A stretch of DNA of 63,741 bases, filler included, from Octopus bimaculoides (lineage: Eukaryota), in assembly GCF_001194135.2 (NCBI RefSeq). It is 7 parts of 6 records of this genome, joined end to end, with 100 filler letters (N's around TTAATTAATTAA, not from the genome) between each part and the next. Parts side by side here need not be neighbours in the genome. Positions count along the whole stretch, not along the records: positions 55,824 to 60,748 come from NC_069010.1; positions 60,849 to 63,741 come from NC_068981.1; 5 more parts are not named here. One strand, written 5' to 3'. Position 1 is the first letter of the stretch; each line of letters begins with the position of its first letter. Below the pieces are notes generated by a model, which saw only the letters and a program-made list of their open reading frames with translations, made no database searches and had not been told where the DNA came from. Of this stretch, positions 60,591 through 63,741 are shown in pieces. A program made the translations under genes and the position numbers.

Positions 60591-60879
60591 ACACACACAC
60601 ACACACACACACACATATAGAGTTTATTCTTAAACAAGAATATCGGTGACAGTATCCTCGAATTTTCAGCCAGTTAAGTTATCATCGCACTCAGCTATAT
60701 AACTATTAAAATACACACATTTATATAATTGCTATACGAGGGTATGCTNNNNNNNNNNNNNNNNNNNNNNNNNNNNNNNNNNNNNNNNNNNNTTAATTAA
60801 TTAANNNNNNNNNNNNNNNNNNNNNNNNNNNNNNNNNNNNNNNNNNNNATATATATATATATATATATACATATATACA

Positions 60880-61038
60880 ATCGGCTTCTTTCAGTTTCCG
60901 TCTACCAAATCCACTCACAAGGCTTTGGTCGGCCCAAGGCTATAGTAGAAGACACTTGCCCAAGGTGCCACGCAGTGGGAATGAACCCGAAACCATGTGG
61001 TTAGTAAGCGAGCTACTTACCACACAGCCACTCCTGCG
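60880..61038 (-). mobile_element. SINE family A, 5' half, young
   Basis: Near-consensus reverse complement. Confidence 0.92.
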
Positions 61039-62339
61039 TAAAAATTAAGTTAAAAGATATAACCATTTGAGAAAATATCTTATATTAATTTTTTTAAGGG
61101 TGGACCTGGTGGTCCGCCTTTAAGGTACATCATTAACAAATCTTTTGAACACATATTTGTTAAATTTGTTTGTATAAGAAGACTGGAGAAAGTGATAGTG
61201 GAAGCTTTGATTGGTTTATTGCTAAAGAAGAGCTATGTCACATTTATAAAGTTTTAATTTTTCATGCAGAGTAAAGTATTAGGACAGTTTAATTGTTTAT
61301 AATCGTTTATGTACTTGTATGTGTCATTTTAGATATTACTCATCCACTTGTTGTTACAATGAAATAGGAGAGTACCTCATTGTATAGAATATATAGATTG
61401 GATTGAATTTCTACGAATAAAGTACATATTACACCATTGACAATGTGCTTGTTTGGTCAACAAATATGGAAACCAAGTATATAAGAAGAGAGTCAGGAAG
61501 CCAATGTTTTGACAGAGTTCGTTAACGAAACGTACATGTACAGAACATACACAAAATGTGATAAAGGTCACCATACATTATTATCATTATCGTTATTATT
61601 ATTAAAAGGAGTTCTACTATTCTGATACAAATAGTAACAACAACAAGGTTTCGAGGGATCTAGTTAAACTGATTCACAGAATCTGCATTTTTTAAAAGGA
61701 AGTAAAAAATCTGTTATATTGATGTAGTTTTCCACTCTTATTGTTGTGAAGCCATGATGTTGTGGAGAAAAAATTTGAGGGAAAAGTTGCAGAGGTTTAA
61801 ACATTGAAAAAACTGTGTATTTTTAGCCAATAGTGAGACAGAAATTTTCTGCATTGTAGCGATGTCAACTTTAAGGTTGTACTCTGGGAAATTTATAGTT
61901 TAGTGTCTGTGAAATGACCGAGCCAACCTAGTCTCACACCAAATATGTAACCAATAAGGGGAAATGCAGAAACCTGTGATCCATAGCACTCTGTCAATAG
62001 AATTATTCATGTGATATTTAGTTTAATTTTGATGTGATTTTCCACAATTTATTCAGCGAATGGTGTATTTTTCTTAATAGTTGAGAAACATTCAGTTGAA
62101 ACGCTGGCTATGCCCATCATGTGTCATGCTGATTCTGTCCCAGAATTACATTAAGGCCACATATATCTATGGAATACTCAGCCAAATTATACTATAATTA
62201 GATCCTGGACTTGTAATTAAAAGGCCTAGCCATGTCACACTGGTTTGTACTGATTCTACTTACGGATTACGCTGTGGGTACATGTGTGCTGTGGGATACT
62301 CAGTCAGTTATATGTTAATATAATGTGTAACGATAAGAC

Positions 62340-62465
62340 TACAAGCTGACAGAATCATTAGCACACTGGGCAAAATGCTTTACATTCTGAGTTCAAATTC
62401 TACCTAGGTTGACTTTGCCTTTCATTCTTTGAGGGTTGATAAAATAAGTATCAGTGGAATGCATA
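62340..62465 (+). mobile_element. SINE family B, decayed
   Basis: aagctgacagaatcattagcac...gagttcaaattctacctaggttgactttgcctttcattc. Confidence 0.8.
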
Positions 62466-63741
62466 ACCAGTTGATTTGATCATATAACTTGAATGATCAT
62501 CCTAGAAGCAGATGAAGATCCATTTCCTCTAATTTTTGCTTATGTATACACATCAGCAAATGAGCCAATGAGGTAATCTATGTGGTTGTTCAATTTGCTA
62601 GAAATAACAGTCAAATTTCCCTCACACTGTTCTCTAACCTTTTAAAAATGAAGGACACATTGAATTATGTTGTCCTACATCTTTAATAAAAATACAGAAT
62701 GCCTCATTCTGGCCTCACCTGTGTTTAAACTGAGTGGTACAATTAAATGGCTTGAATGTGGATGCGGCTATTCGAGTTTAACAGTAAAAACAGAAATAGT
62801 AAACAGAAAATCTTCACGAAATATATGTAAAATATGAAAAAAATATATGAAAAATACATAAAATATTAAGACAATTGACGAAAAATATCTACAATAAAAT
62901 TCTAATTGATAAATATAAATTTTTATTGAAACAAAACGTGGGTGAAGTGAATCTCGTGGTGTGAAGAATCAACACAACATGCGGGTGAAGCGAAACATCA
63001 CACAGCATGCGGTGGTCATGGTAACAAGTTGTTAATGCCTGGTTGTGTGTTGATTGGCTAAAATTACCCAAATTGTCTAACTTTAATTCCAAATAGCATC
63101 AGATTCTTTAATTTACAAAATAAAGTAATTGGTTGATTGAATCAAAATTCAGAGTTGCATCGAAACACCAAAAGCAATCTGAACGAAATTAAAGGGGGCT
63201 GATTTTGTGAATCAATTTAACTTGATCCGGTTTCGAGTCTAGCTGATATTAGCTTTAAAGCAGAATTTAAAGAATTTCTTGTCTAACTGAAAAGACAGCT
63301 ACTTGACACATCGGTTAAAAAATACAGGCAAGGTTTTCTCATCTGGTCTCTGCTAGCGCCTACTCCGTCTCTCCAAACCACAATTTAATAAATGTTCACA
63401 AGTGAAAGGGTAAAAAGAGAACTGAAGTATATCAGTTGAATAATAAGGAAAAAAAAATAATGATTATATATAGAAGTATAAAGTAGAGTCAGCCAGTAAA
63501 GTGCCTGAAAATACTGGCATTGAATTCAGAATTGTCACTGAGTAAAGAGGGAAAATTCTGGTCCTTAATGACAAGAATTATTTATAATAAATACCATGAC
63601 ATAAATGGTTCAATTTGACAAAACTCTGCAATATTCTATGCTAGTTGTATTACTTGGGATTATAAGTGCTAATGGCATCAATTATTTAATTTAAACCTTA
63701 TAACTTAAGTGTTCAGAACTGCAGATATGCAGTTGTGCATT

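Noticed and set aside
61099-61124. GC-rich 26-nt mini-exon-like segment (ggtggacctggtggtccgcctttaag|gtacat)
   Set aside because: Too short to evaluate, wrong strand for ACAD, and no supported partner exon.
60170-63741. Penultimate ACAD exon (expected to end ...AIQ|)
   Set aside because: No matching donor or peptide found by eye on the minus strand; the intron probably extends beyond the window or the exon lies in a gap.

Overview
AT-rich, gap-ridden, repeat-dense animal genomic DNA. The SINE types, microsatellite load and gap markers suggest a coleoid cephalopod, most likely an Octopus draft assembly; this is inference, not a database match. One host coding exon is unambiguous: the terminal exon of an ACAD10/ACAD11-type acyl-CoA dehydrogenase on the minus strand (60169->60029). 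Its upstream exons appear to lie beyond the window. Weaker candidate exons (31017-31040, 39721-39782, 49005-49116 on +; 28934-29057 on +; 13269-13289 and 8295-8366 on -) may belong to unidentified genes. The rest is transposon debris: two abundant tRNA-derived SINE families (called A and B here, about 40 copies and fragments), other SINEs, RTE-type LINE fragments, probable L1/Tx1-type LINE ends, Penelope-like terminal repeats, a decayed near-complete Tigger/pogo transposase, mariner/Tc1 fragments, hAT and piggyBac MITEs with intact target-site duplications, and an internally deleted Helitron. The most notable observation is three minimal type-I hammerhead ribozyme motifs in Penelope-like repeats. 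One has a canonical core and lies sense within the last ACAD intron. Two share a non-canonical CUGUUGA core. No rRNA, tRNA gene or CRISPR array is supported. Almost all ORFs in the supplied track are microsatellite or gap artefacts. All family assignments come from recognising motifs by eye; no searches were run.
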